NCBI RefSeq assembly: GCF_000143415.4
Contig: NW_003314364.1
Location: 1-64,000, forward strand
Direction: 5' to 3'
Source of the DNA: Selaginella moellendorffii
Lineage: Eukaryota; Plantae; Lycopodiophyta
Length of the DNA: 64,000 nt
Within the stretch, counting starts at the first letter, position 1; every line of letters begins with the position of its first letter. Shown here one piece after another: positions 49,501-61,700 of the stretch. Both the position numbers and the translations under genes were made by a program. The notes under the pieces were generated by a model. That model was not told the origin of the DNA, did no database searches, and was given only the letters and a program-made list of their open reading frames with translations.

Positions 49501-52229
49501 TTCCTTTGGTCATTCTCCTCCAGACTAGGAGGATAGCTTTGCACTTTCTATCATGCTTTAGCAAGTATTCTTAGGGATGAACCTACCCAATAGCCTAGGG
49601 AGGGGTTCCTCAATCCGGGTATGCTCACCTTATAATCCCACACACTGGGATTACATTGTTGCTTATGGGCCTTTGCATGCCCATCACTAGCCTTGCCAAA
49701 ATTCCATTTTTGGCTTTGTCCAACTCGGGTAGACAGTCCTCTTCTGTCTCCGTAACCTTGGACATTTGGATAGCACCTTCTATCCATCATTCGCTAGGGA
49801 CTTAGTCCCTTGGGCTTTATCCATTGCCCTCGCGACATCAAACACCACCTTCTGGTGTTCTAGAGTGTTTGGGTGTCCCAATGATGGCTTTTTTTTGACA
49901 ATGAGTATTTCCTTTTATGACATTGACTTACTATATCGCAACACAGGCAACTTATCCCCCGTAAGGGTGTATCCGACTTCCCTATGCTATTAAGAAGTCT
50001 TGGGTAGCTACCTTCTACCCGTTCAACCAGTTATTTTGCACCTCTTGCTTAGTTGCCTCATAGTTGTCAAGTCCTACAACTCATTGTTTGGTGCTTTCAC
50101 ACCTCCATCATTATCTGGGTCACCACACTCCAACTGCATGCTCTGCAGCTTAGGCTATGCCATTCCCATTTCCATTGGGATTCCTTTGGCAAGGGGTTCT
50201 CATGAACCCACCAACATAGCCTCAAGGTATCACACCTTGGCACATTTGGTGTCTCCACACCATCGGCTCCACGAGCCTACCTCTATGACACTTCCCCTTC
50301 GTGTTTATGTCTTTGCCAAGACCAACACCGCTCTTTCTCATGCCAACCATCCGTTAGCACTGCACCATAGAGGTCACACACAACTTTGCGTCAAAGTTGT
50401 TTTCTTTTTGGGAACACCTTTCCCACGACTTTAGCATGGCACATTTTGCCATCGATGAGATACCCTCTGTTCTCATCCTTGGATCCTATGATCCCCCCCC
50501 ATCCTTTGTGGGGTACAACACACCACAGTCCAAATGCTTCCATCAGTCCTTTTAGGACCATCCGTTGACTGTACTTGAGTCATCTAGCAGTTTTGGACTT
50601 GGTTAATCCACAGACCCGTAAGGTCCTACTTGTGAGGCACTAGCTCACTGGAATACACTTCTTGCATTCCTGTCCTACTCAAAAGGACTATTTTCACAAG
50701 TGTTACTCCGACACTTGATTTTGTTCTCTGGGGGCAACTTTTGCCCCTTAGGACTACTTGTCCATGCGATGAGAATACCACTCATCTCTAAGTACACCCC
50801 CCAACTCCTTGGGTTGTTCTAGCATTTATTAAAGGTAGCCCCGACTACCATTTCAAGGACTTGAGTCCTCTTCCGCATTTGACCTCCCACGGTCATTACT
50901 TCTGGTCTCACATTCATGAGCACCAACCTCAACTATATGAGGATAATCTTGTGACTCCTTTATTGCTTTGGAGTCTTTATCTTTCCCGTGATCCCAACTG
51001 TAGTTGTTTACCACAACTACATTAGCCAGTTTGCTAAGTCAAACGCTCCTCTGGATCACATCCTCAACTCTCTGAGGAAAACCATATACTGTTCCCAAGA
51101 TCCCAAAGTCGTTCCATTATTGGCCCTTTTCTATCCACCACCTCGTCTACAAGTTCATACATGAACTGTAATGGAGAGCCATGTCTTCCCGACTTGCTAC
51201 TCCTCAAGGATAGGCCCACTCCTCGGACCTTTCGATGCCAACACTAGTGGTGATATACTTGAGCACCAATAAAAGTCGGACTAAGGAACAGCTCCGATAC
51301 CAAATTGTAAGCGACTAAATTTTCCATTCTACTTTAGTCACTTAACCACACCTCTGACCACTTGGAGGAGTCTCATTCACAACCTCCATAAGTCCAATCC
51401 AGGACTTGGGGCTTGCTAGCCCCGAGAATGGCATCCATGCCACTCAACATTTGCACTTGGTCCAAGTGCTCCACGTGTCCGATCCCATGACCGACACTCA
51501 AAGGTACCACCGACATAGCAGCCCGTTACGCTAAGGCCATGCCCAATCACCTTTGCCACACTGGTAGTCCAATACCACTTGCATCACCGTCTTGGCTCTC
51601 CAAGACTAGGCAAACCATCCGTGAGTGGTCATCTCAGATCCACTCCTTAGCATCCTTAGGATGCCCACCGACAAGGGGAATAGCCTTCCCCAATATCCCT
51701 CTGTCAGTCCCCACTAAGTCCCTTTCTGCCCCTGGCTGTGTTTGCCAACACTGCCATTGGATCGAGACCCACAGGCTCGACCACTAAGTCCCACGGTCCT
51801 CTGGGACTTCCTCACCACACGACTGTGTCCTTGGTCACTACCCCAGAGGACTGCTCCTCTTCCTTTCCACAGTCTGGGCCTTTGGGACAACATTTCGGAA
51901 CACCGTGGCCTTACGCGAGCCACCTGGGTACTCTCCTCGCCTTCTGCCCTTGGGTGCTCTAGCCATGGGCTTAGAGCGGGTTCCGTTGAGCCACACCAGG
52001 TATCCAAGTAGGTAGTGCCACCCACACTTGGACTGGGAGCATCGGCCAGTCGATCTCCCGGGGGAACTAGAGCCGGCTCTTGAACACTTCACCAAGCTAC
52101 CCCACTTGTCGGTCCGTGTTCACTCTAGTCTTGGACTTCCCAGTGGGCAGCTCATCACCCAACACTGGGTCCGGCCTTCCTGGGCCAAACTGGCCTTTCC
52201 TGGCCAAACTGGCTCCACTACAGTCCTCC

Positions 52230-52298
52230 CCCTACTATACTTTTGGAGCTCACCAAACCCCCCAGGGTCTGGGAGACGAACGCTTTGGGCTTTCACCC
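52230..52298 (-). promoter_or_regulatory. Pol I core-promoter copy in the 5' LTR of nested copy 2
   Basis: Same as 34735-34803. Confidence 0.8.
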
Positions 52299-52424
52299 TC
52301 TCAGGCTCCGGACTCGGACTCGGACTCGGACTCGGACTCGGACTCGGATTCGGACTTGGACTCGGGCTCGGGCTCGGTCTCGGCCTCGGTCTCGGTCTCG
52401 GCCGATTGTCCCGATCTCGGTCTC

Positions 52425-52457
<33 letters not shown>

Positions 52458-52977
52458 CCGGTCTCGGTCTCGACTTCGGACTCCATCTCGGACTCCATCT
52501 TGGACTCCATCTCGGACTCCATCTTGGACTCCATCTCGGACTCCATCTCGGGTCCATCTCGGGTCCATCTCGGACTCCATCTCGGACTCCATCTCGGGTC
52601 CCTCTCGGGTCCATCTCGGACTCCACTTCGGACTCCAACTCGGGTCCATCTCGGGTCCACCTCGGACTCCACTTCGGACTCCATCTCGGACTCCATTTCG
52701 GGTCCATCTCGGACTCCACTTCGGACTCCAATTCGGGTCCATCTCGGACTCCACTTCGGACTCCAACTCGGGTCCATCTCGGACTCCACTTCGGACTCCA
52801 ACTTGAGTCCATCTCGGACACTCCCACGTGTCATGTGTTGGTCCTTTTGGGTCCCTTTTTGGAGCCTTGCCTATTGCTCGCTTCGTACTCGTTCCTCGAG
52901 CACTTCGTTGGGAGTTCCACTCCCGCTCTTGACTTTTCAAGTCGGAGCTTTTGGTCCAAACGTGTTACGCTCGTTTG

Positions 52978-53077
52978 NNNNNNNNNNNNNNNNNNNNNNN
53001 NNNNNNNNNNNNNNNNNNNNNNNNNNNNNNNNNNNNNNNNNNNNNNNNNNNNNNNNNNNNNNNNNNNNNNNNNNNNN
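52978..53077. other. Assembly gap (100 N)
   Basis: Run of N. Confidence 1.
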
Positions 53078-53642
53078 TCCGAGATGGACCCGAGTTGGAG
53101 TCCGAAGTGGAGTCCGAGATGGACCCGAGTTGGAGTCCGAAGTGGAGTCCGAGATAGACCCGAGATGGAGTCCGAAGAAGGAGTCCGAAGATGGAGTCCG
53201 AGATGGAGTCCGAGATGGAGTCCGAAGTTGGAGTCCGAGGTGGACCTGAGATGGACCCGAGATGGAGTCCGAGATGGAGCCCGAGATGGAGTCCGAGATG
53301 GAGTCCGAGGTGGACCCGAGATGGACCTGAAATGGAGTCCGAGATGGAGTCCGAGATGGACCCGAGATGGAGTCCGAGATGGAGTCCGAGATGGACCCGA
53401 GATGGACCCGAGATGGAGTCCGAGATGGAGTCCGAGATGGAGTCCGAGATGGAGTCCGCAGTCGAGACCGAGACCGAGACCGGGACCGAGACCAAGACCG
53501 AGACCGAGACCGAGATCGGGACCGAGACCGAGACCGAGGCCGAGGCTGAGACCGAGCCCGAGCCCGAGTCCGAGTCCGAATCCGAGTCCGAGTCCGAGTC
53601 CGAGTCCGAGTCCGAGTCCGAGTCCGAGTCCGGAGCCTGAGA

Positions 53643-53711
53643 GGGTGAAAGCCCAAAGCGTTCGTCTCCCAGACCCTGGGGGGTTTGGTGAGCTCCAAAA
53701 GTATAGTAGGG
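53643..53711 (+). promoter_or_regulatory. Pol I core-promoter copy in the outer copy's 3' LTR
   Basis: Same as 34735-34803. Confidence 0.8.
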
Positions 53712-54928
53712 GGAGGACTGCAGTGGAGCCAGTTTGGCCAGGAAAGGCCAGTTTGGCCCAGGAAGGCCGGACCCAGTGTTGGGTGATGAGCTGCCCACTG
53801 GGAAGTCCAAGACTAGAGTGAACACAGACCGACAAGCGGGGTAGCTTGGTGAAGTGTTCAAGAGCCGGCTCTAGTTCCCCCGGGAGATCGACTGGCCGAT
53901 GCTCCCAGTCCAAGTGTGGGTGGCACTACCTACTTGGATACCAGGCGTGGCTCAACGGAACCTCGCTCTAAGCCCATGGCTAGAGCACCCAAGGGCAGAA
54001 GGCGAGGAGAGTACCCAAGTGGCTCGCGTAAGGCCACGGTGTTCCGAAATGTTGTCCCAAAGGCCCAGACTGTGGAAAGGAAGAGGAGCAGTCCTCTGGG
54101 GTAGTGACCAAGGACACAGTCGTGTGGTGAGGAAGTCCCAGAGGACCGTGGGACTTAGTGGTCGGGCCTGTGGGTCTCGATCCAGTGGCAGTGTTGGCGA
54201 ACACGGCCAGGGGCAGAAAGGGACTTAGTGGGGACTGACAGAGGGATATTGGGGAAGGCTATTCCCCTTGTCGGTGGGCATCCTAAGGATGCTAAGGAGT
54301 GGATCTGAGATGACCACTCACGGATGGTTTGCCTAGTCTTGGAGAGCCAAGACGGTGATGCAAGTGGTATTGGACTACCAGTGTGGCAAAGGTGATTGGG
54401 CATGGCCTTAGCGTAACGGGCTGCTATGTCGGTGGTACCTTTGAGTGTCGGTCATGGGATCGGACACGTGGAGCACTTGGACCAAGTGCAAATGTTGAGT
54501 GGCATGGATGCCATTCTCGGGGCTAGCAAGTCCCAAGTCCTGGATTGGACTTATGGAGTTTGTGCCCGTCACAAGCACATGTGTTGCACCACAGCAATAG
54601 GTGTGCAGCCCTCTACCAAAGGCACACACCACCCCACATCAGGAGGATTAACTGCCAGCCAGCCCACCACCACCGCATGCAAAGATCCGAGTCTCCCGGC
54701 TTTCACCAGGACCCGTCCCAATGCGCATTGTGGTGGCGAGCAGGGAGTGTGATGTTGCAGGTAGCAAAAGCAGAGCCACGAGCCAAAGCCAGAAGCCAAA
54801 GCCCACTTTGAGCTCGCCCCGCACGCAGTATACCACGTGAAGAGCACTCGCTCGCCCGGATTCGGACCCGGACTCGGACTCCGAGTTCAACTCGGACTCC
54901 ACCTCGGCTACCCGACCTCCAACACCCA

Positions 54929-55005
54929 CACTATCCCTACTATACTTTTGGAACCCCCCACAGCCCCCCCCCCCTGGGAGACACACGCTTTGGGCTTTCA
55001 CCCCA
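54929..55005 (-). promoter_or_regulatory. Pol I core promoter / TIS of the truncated unit (TATAGTAGGG at 54935-54944)
   Basis: Same as 8177-8253. Confidence 0.8.
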
Positions 55006-56860
55006 CAGCATGTATTAGTGTTCGGGCTTAGAATCTGGAAGTGCTGCGACTTCTGCAACATCAACAATGAAAAAGTGGTCATTTTTTCTTACTTTTTTTT
55101 TCCGAGTGTCACGAGACGACTCCTAGGAGCGGATGACACGTGGCACACTGTTCATGCCATGTAACATGTGCCGTTTTTAGTGGTTTTTCAACGTAAGAGT
55201 CACGTGACATATTTCGAGCTTGGTGTCATGGTAGTAAATGTAGTGTTGCCAACTCATATTTCGGCTAAAGTTGGATGTTTTTGAGTTGTTTTTTTTCGTA
55301 GTAACTTATATCGCCACGTGTTATTCCACGTGCTCTAAAGATGGCACACTGGCTCAATGTATGGAACGCAACACTATGCCATGTGCAAGCGTAGGGTTTA
55401 GGGTTTAGGGTAGGGTAGGGTTTGCCACGTGGCATACATTTTGAGCAATTTATATGCCATGAGCTATACCTTTTAGAAGGTGGCATTCAGACGGATGGTT
55501 TGGATGAGGTGGCATGCCACGTGGCATACTTTTATGTACTTATAGCATGCCACGTGCCAAACCCTTGGAGAGGTGGCATCTTGGAGGTTGCATGCCACGT
55601 GGTAAACCCTTGGAGAGGTGGTACCTATGGATGCCACATGGCAAACCCTTGGAAAGATGGCATCTTCGAGGTTGCATGCCACGTGACAAACCCTTGGAGA
55701 GGTGGTACCTATGGATGCCACGTGGCAAACCCTTGGAAAGGTGCATCTTGGAGGTTGCATGCCACGTGGCAAACCCTTGGAAAGGTGCATCTTGGAGGTT
55801 GCATGCCACGTGATAAACCCTTGGAGAGGTGGTACTTATGGATGCCACGTGGCAAACCCTTGGAAAGGTGGCATCTTGGAGGTTGCATGCCACGTGACAT
55901 AACATTGGAAAATACCTCTTTTGCACTTGTATGCCACGTGGCATACCTTAGGCCCCGGACATGTCCGGGCCCAGATATGTGGGTCCCCAGACATGTCGGG
56001 CCCCAGATATATCCGGGCCCCGGACATGTCGGGCACCCGTTATGTCGGGCCCCGGACATGTCGGGCACCCAGAGATATCGGGCCCCGGACATGTCGGGCC
56101 CTGGATATATCCGGGCCCGGACATGTCTGGCCCCGGACATGTCGGGCACCCGATATGTCGGGCCCCGGACATGTCGGGCCCCGGATATATCCGGGCCCGG
56201 ACATGTCCGGCCCCGGACATGTCGGGCACCCGGACATGTCAGGCCCCGGATATATCCGGGCCCGGACATGTCTGGCCCCGGACATGTCGGGCACCCGATA
56301 TGTCGGGCCCCCGACATGTCCAGCCCTGGATGTGTCTAGCCCTGGATATATCCGAGTTTTATTTTGACACGTGGCATGGTCTTTGGTTTGATCTCATAGA
56401 GTTTTATGGTTTTCAATGTGTGCCACATTGACACGTGGCATGCCCTTTGGTTTGTTCTCATAGAGTTTTATGGTTTTCAATGTGTGCCACATTGACACGT
56501 GGCATGTGCTTTGGTTTGTTCTGAGTTTTATGGTTTTCAATGTGTCACATTGACACGTGGCATGCCCTTTGGCTTGTTCTCATAGTTAGAGTTTAGTGTC
56601 CTTGACCTTGTATGCCACGTGACACACATATGTTTGGACTTGCTTGCCATGCCACGTGGTGACAATCACCAACACATTATTTCTAACTTATATCCTAGTT
56701 AATAACTAGCTAACGACACAATTTGGCAAATACACCTTACATTCACAATTGTAAGTAGTATTTAAAGACCATACACTTATATGCTATGGAAAAATACTCA
56801 AAGTTTATATATTAAAACAGTGATCTTACAAAAATAAATGACTTGTAAGGAAAAAAAAAA

Positions 56861-56978
56861 GAGGGGGTCACTTGGACTTCCCGGGTGGTCACCCAGCCCA
56901 GTACTATTCAAGCCCAGGGACGCTTAACTTTGGAGGTCTGATGGGATCCAGTGCCATAGTCACAGTTTGAACCCACTC
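56861..56978 (-). rRNA. 5S: 5S rRNA gene in IGS, copy 3
   Basis: As copy 1 except one C>T at 56964; T10 terminator at 56851-56860. Confidence 0.9.
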
Positions 56979-57227
56979 TGAAATATTTCACACTCCCCCT
57001 ACTCTTATAGTGTGGGGCAGCTGATCCAAAGCTGCAGTGTACCTCCACAATCCAGTGTTCTTTTTGGGTGCCAAAAAACCTGCGGGACGTGTGGTACCTC
57101 CCCAACAATTCACGAAGACCGTGTTTTGGGCCCCAAAATGCACGCTGCGAAATGCGGGGTACCTCCCCAACTTTTCGTGAAAATCACGCGTTTTGGGCCC
57201 AAAAAAGCCCGCGGAACACATGGTACC

Positions 57228-58143
57228 TGTAGCGCACCTGAATTTGGAGCCGAACTCCAAGCCCGTTGCGCTACGAAACGAGGGTCCGGTGCAATCCCAT
57301 GAGCACCAGCTCCCCGTATCCAGCACCTGCACGCAAAATGGTGTCAGACGGAGTCTGGCACAATTTTGGCATACCGGTGGCCTAACGCAAGGAGGAGGGT
57401 ACTCCACTGACTAGAGCGGCGTGGAGCTTGGGCTTAGACCCAAGCCGGACGCAGAACAAGGAGCGACACAGCCCAGCGGGAGCCAAACTAATGTCTCAGG
57501 TGGTCGGACATGCATTCCAACCACTATCCCTACTATACATTTGGAACCCCCCACAGCCCCCCCCCCTTGAGGGACACACGCTTTGGGCTTTCACCCCAAG
57601 CCTCCCTTAGTACCAGGAGTTAGTCTCTGGGACAAGTCCGAAACTTACTAAATATGGAATGTCCTTAGATTGCGAATTTGGACACAGGACGAACACCATT
57701 GTGTTCAGGCCGATCTCTACACTCCGTAGATATGCCAAATGAGCTAATCTAGACACTTTCCATAAATAGTATTTGGGACCAAAATGAGACCAACACAAAG
57801 GGCGTGATAGCGAGAGTGTTTGGCAGACACGGTAAGCTATCATCCAGCGATATTGAGGGACTAGTCTCAATATGCGAGGGTTCTTGCCAAGCCAGTGCAA
57901 GACAGAGCAAAAGAGAACTAAGAGCCAGGCCGAGAATGCTCAGCTAGAAACACATAGGAGTTCCTACCTTATGTCCATCTGGCTAAGTACAGATGCTAAG
58001 CCCAGTAAACTAACACTTGGACAAGAGGGGCCAATAAAGGGAACCAGCAGTACCGACCTCCTGCCGTCATGGCAGTAAGGAGAGAGTGTCCGTAAGGACC
58101 GGTCGACAAGTATCTTTCGATACCTGAAGTCACATTCGCGACA
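57228..58143 (-). repeat. 3' LTR of element B (916 bp)
   Basis: TG…CA ends with imperfect inverted termini; bounded by the PPT and the IGS junction. Confidence 0.93.
57522..57598 (-). promoter_or_regulatory. Pol I core-promoter copy inside LTR B
   Basis: 73/77 identity to 8177-8253, TATAGTAGGG intact; flanks unrelated to the IGS. Confidence 0.85.
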
Positions 58144-58156
58144 CTCTCCCCCCCTT
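58144..58156 (-). other. Polypurine tract of element B (AAGGGGGGGAGAG)
   Basis: Directly precedes the 3' LTR TG on the minus strand. Confidence 0.9.
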
Positions 58157-58750
58157 GGGGAAGATCGACGTCCTCGTCGATGCATACCCGAGTCTAGCAA
58201 ACCGTCAAGGAAACAACTCCGAAAGTTAACGGAAAGCACACTATGTGGGAAACACACCGACTTAAATGAGTTATGGAACTACCTCTCCTCTACGTCCAAA
58301 GACGTTAAGACTCAGACACCCTCCGGCCGTCACCGACAAGGAAATGACTAGCAAATTTAGCCACCCTTGCTGCTCCGAGGACCACTCGGCTTACAAAGGA
58401 ATGATACATCCCTGCCTGCAGGGACATAGGGAGAAGGCCAGAGGCCCAACTTCCCCTGAGCAAGAAATCAACCCCGTCGGGAAGATTTAGATAACTACTA
58501 TAAACTGGCAGATTAAGTTGTTTACACGACCACGCCCCTTTTCGAAAATGAGTCATCGAGAGAGAGGCGGGGACTTGTGATCAGTCTATAATAGTTATCC
58601 CCATGGTTATGGATTGAACCCATGCACCGAAGTGCCGAAGTCAGGCTGCCAAAACTGACCCAAGTACTAATGAACGAGAGAAACGACACTTTGATTATAG
58701 AAATATAGTATTTTATTAATTTGCAAGATTTATTACAAGATTTACAAAAG

Positions 58751-61700
58751 CTAGTTTTTATTACGTTTCTCATACTCCGTGACAAGCTCACGAGCATGTG
58801 TAAGATTCCTAAGAGGTTCCCAAGTTGATTCACAAGTCGGGTAACCTTTCCACTTAACGAGATATTCCTTCGCATGAGCCCGTCTTCGAAATCGAGAATC
58901 TAAGATAGATTCAGCTTCATACTCTGGTTCACCATCCACGATTACTGGCGGAGGACGCAAATCCGTAGAGCGTTCGACAGCAGCATGATATGGTGCCAGT
59001 AAACTGACATGAAACACATCATGTAGCTGAGATAACTCATCCGGAAGATCCAACTTATAGGATACATCACCAATGCGTTTCAACACCCGATAAGGTCCAA
59101 CATATCGCGGTAACAGCTTCCGAGACAAAGATCCCTTAATGTTCAAGTTTCGGGAAGATAGCCACACCCGATCTCCCACTTGATAGGATACATCCCGACG
59201 ATGCTGATCCTTATCACGTCGATACCTATTTTGAGCTTTGCCCATCGCCTCAGTTGCTCTAGACCAACCTTGATGTAGCTGCTCCGCATAAGTCTCAACG
59301 GCTGGAACCAACACTTCGGACATTGGTTTCGGTACAACAATCTGTTGAGGAACCCCACGAGCATTTCCTTGCAGCATCTCCCATGGAGAACAGCCGATAG
59401 CGCTGTGAAATGTGTTGTTATAACATATTTCTGCTGTATCCAAATGCTCAACCCAGTCGCGTTGGTCCGCCGCGACATAGTACCGTAGATAATCCTCAAC
59501 TTGAGCATTCACACGTTCGGTTTGCCCATCAGTTTGAGGATGATAAGCCGTACTAAACTTCAACTTGGTACCAAACAACTGGAACAGTGTGCCCCAAAAC
59601 TTCCCCGTAAACCTTGAATCTCTATCTGAGATCATCTCTTCAGGAAGACCACGAACTCGCACTACTTCATGGAAAAAGAGCTTTGCTGCTTGTTTCGCAT
59701 TCACTGTTCCCACAGTTGGAATGAAGTGTGCAATCTTCGACAACCGATCCACAACCACCATCAAAGTATCATAACCTTTAGACTTCGGCAAACAAGTGAC
59801 GAAATCAAGTGTCACACTTTGAAATGGCCATGCCAGTGCTGGAATGCACTGCAACTTTCCAGCCTGCTTCTCAGCTTTGCGCTTACATTGCTGGCATATA
59901 GGGCAGGAACGGACATAGTCCGCTACATCACCTTCCATACCAGACCAGAAAAATCCCTTTTTCAACGAAGCTAGAGTCTTTCGCTGTCCACCATGTCCCG
60001 CTGCCGGAACATCATGATGTTCCCGCAGAAATAACTGCTGAAGATCCTTAGAGGGAAGATACAATCTTTCTTGCTTATAGAATATAAGCCCATCCCGAAC
60101 TGAGAAGTGAAGTTTCGCATTAGTGCGACTAGCAACTTTTGCTGCCTCGCTACCAGGGCTCTGCTTCAACAACCCCGCACGGCATAAGATTGCCTTCGCC
60201 AATGGATCACTTCCATATGAAGCCCGAACGTCTTCCAACCAGTCCGAACTGATTGCCGATATTGCCCGGAATTGAGCTTGACGACTCAACGCATCCGGAA
60301 CAATATTGTCTTTACCAGGTTTATATATGATTTCAATATCATATCTAGCAAGCTTCTCTTGCCAACGAGCCTGCTTCGGCGTAAGCTTAGGCTGCGTAGC
60401 AAAGTAGCTTAGTGTGTTACTATCTGTATAAACCTTGGTGTGTCCACCCAAGTAGTGTCTCCAGTGTTCCAAGGCCGACACTATAGCAAACATTTCTTTC
60501 TCATGCGTTGGCCATCTTCGTTGGGTTTCATCCAATTTCTTGGAATAGAACGCAACGGGACAACCATGTCGCCTTAGCGTAACACCAACCGCTTTGTCAC
60601 AATCTTGCTGTAACACGGCACCAATAGCATATCCAGACGCATCACAATGCACCTCGAAGGGTTTATCAAGATCTGGGATCCTGAGAACAGGAACCGTAGT
60701 CAAGATCTCCTTCAATCGTACAAAAGCACGCTGGCAAGCTGGTGTCCAATGAAACGGAATACTACTCTTCGTCAACTCAGTCAACGGAAGAGCAATTCTT
60801 GCAAAATTGCGGACAAACTTGCGATAGTATCCCGCCAAACCGAGAAAGGAACGAACATCTGATACAGTGGTCAGAATTTCCCAGGACTTCACCGCTTCCA
60901 CTTTCTTTGGATCGACTTCAATCACGCCACCACTAACTATATGTCCGAGAAAGTTTACGCGCAATTGACCAAAAGCGCATTTGCTTTCCTTAGCATATAG
61001 TTTGTGTTCGCGCAACTTCTGAAACACCAGCTCCAAGTGTTTCAAATGATCCTCCAACGTCTCGCTGAAGACTAGAACATCGTCAATATATAGGACAACA
61101 AATGCGTCCAAATAATCTCCGAATATTCTATCCATCATAGTGCTGAACGTTGCTGGAGCATTGCATAACCCGAATGGCATGACAAGGAACTCGTAAGATC
61201 CGTACCGAGTCTTAAAGGCTGTCTTCTCCACATCCTGATCCGCCACCCGTATCTGATGATACCCGGACCGCAAATCAAGTCGCGTAAAATACTTAGCCTT
61301 TAAGAGTTGGTCAAACAAGTCATCAATGCGAGGCAAAGGATAACTGTTCTTGACCGTGATCTTATTGAGTGCCCGATAGTCAATACACATCCTCATGGTT
61401 CCATCCTTTTTCATAACAAAAAGGATTGGTGCTCCATAAGGTGACTTGCTGGGTCGGATATGACCTTTGTCAAGAAGCTCTGTGAGTTGCTTCTTGAGTT
61501 CAGCCATTTCCTTGATGTTCAACCGATATGGAGCTTTCGTAGGCGGTTTAGAACCCGGAATAACCTCAATCCGATGATCAACCTCACGGCTAGGGGGTAG
61601 CCCTGGTGGAGAATCCTTCGGGAAGATATCCTGATTCTGCGCCAACAACTCCAATATCTTCTTTGGTACAGGATCAACCCCGTCGCCAATTCGAACAGAG

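Larger units (their letters stand above)
45530..52977 (-). mobile_element. Family A nested copy 2, essentially full length (3' LTR 45530-47203, PPT 47204-47217, internal to 51305, PBS 51291-51302, 5' LTR 51306 into the gap)
   Basis: Two LTRs in direct orientation, PBS TGGTATCGGAGC, PPT; no long ORF in the 4.1-kb internal region; inserted 94 bp into the outer copy's 3' LTR after GTTTG. Confidence 0.9.
33885..54564 (+). mobile_element. Family A non-coding LTR retroelement, outer (host) copy: 5' LTR 33885-~35650, internal 41427-45435, 3' LTR 45436-45529 + 53078-54564; carries two nested copies
   Basis: The IGS G-box array breaks at CTTGGAGG|TGTGAGACAC; PPT-like GGGTGGTGGAG precedes the second TGTGAGACAC at 45436; the two LTRs share private variants (CCGCAGTCGAGACC, GACCAAGACC, CCGAATCCG). 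Continuity crosses an N gap. Confidence 0.75.
54565..57227 (-). pseudogene. Truncated fourth rDNA unit: IGS, promoter and the first ~370 bp of ETS, fused to LTR A; no 18S/5.8S/26S
   Basis: Collinear with ~7813-10555; junction TTTGTG|CCCGTCACAAG. Confidence 0.85.
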
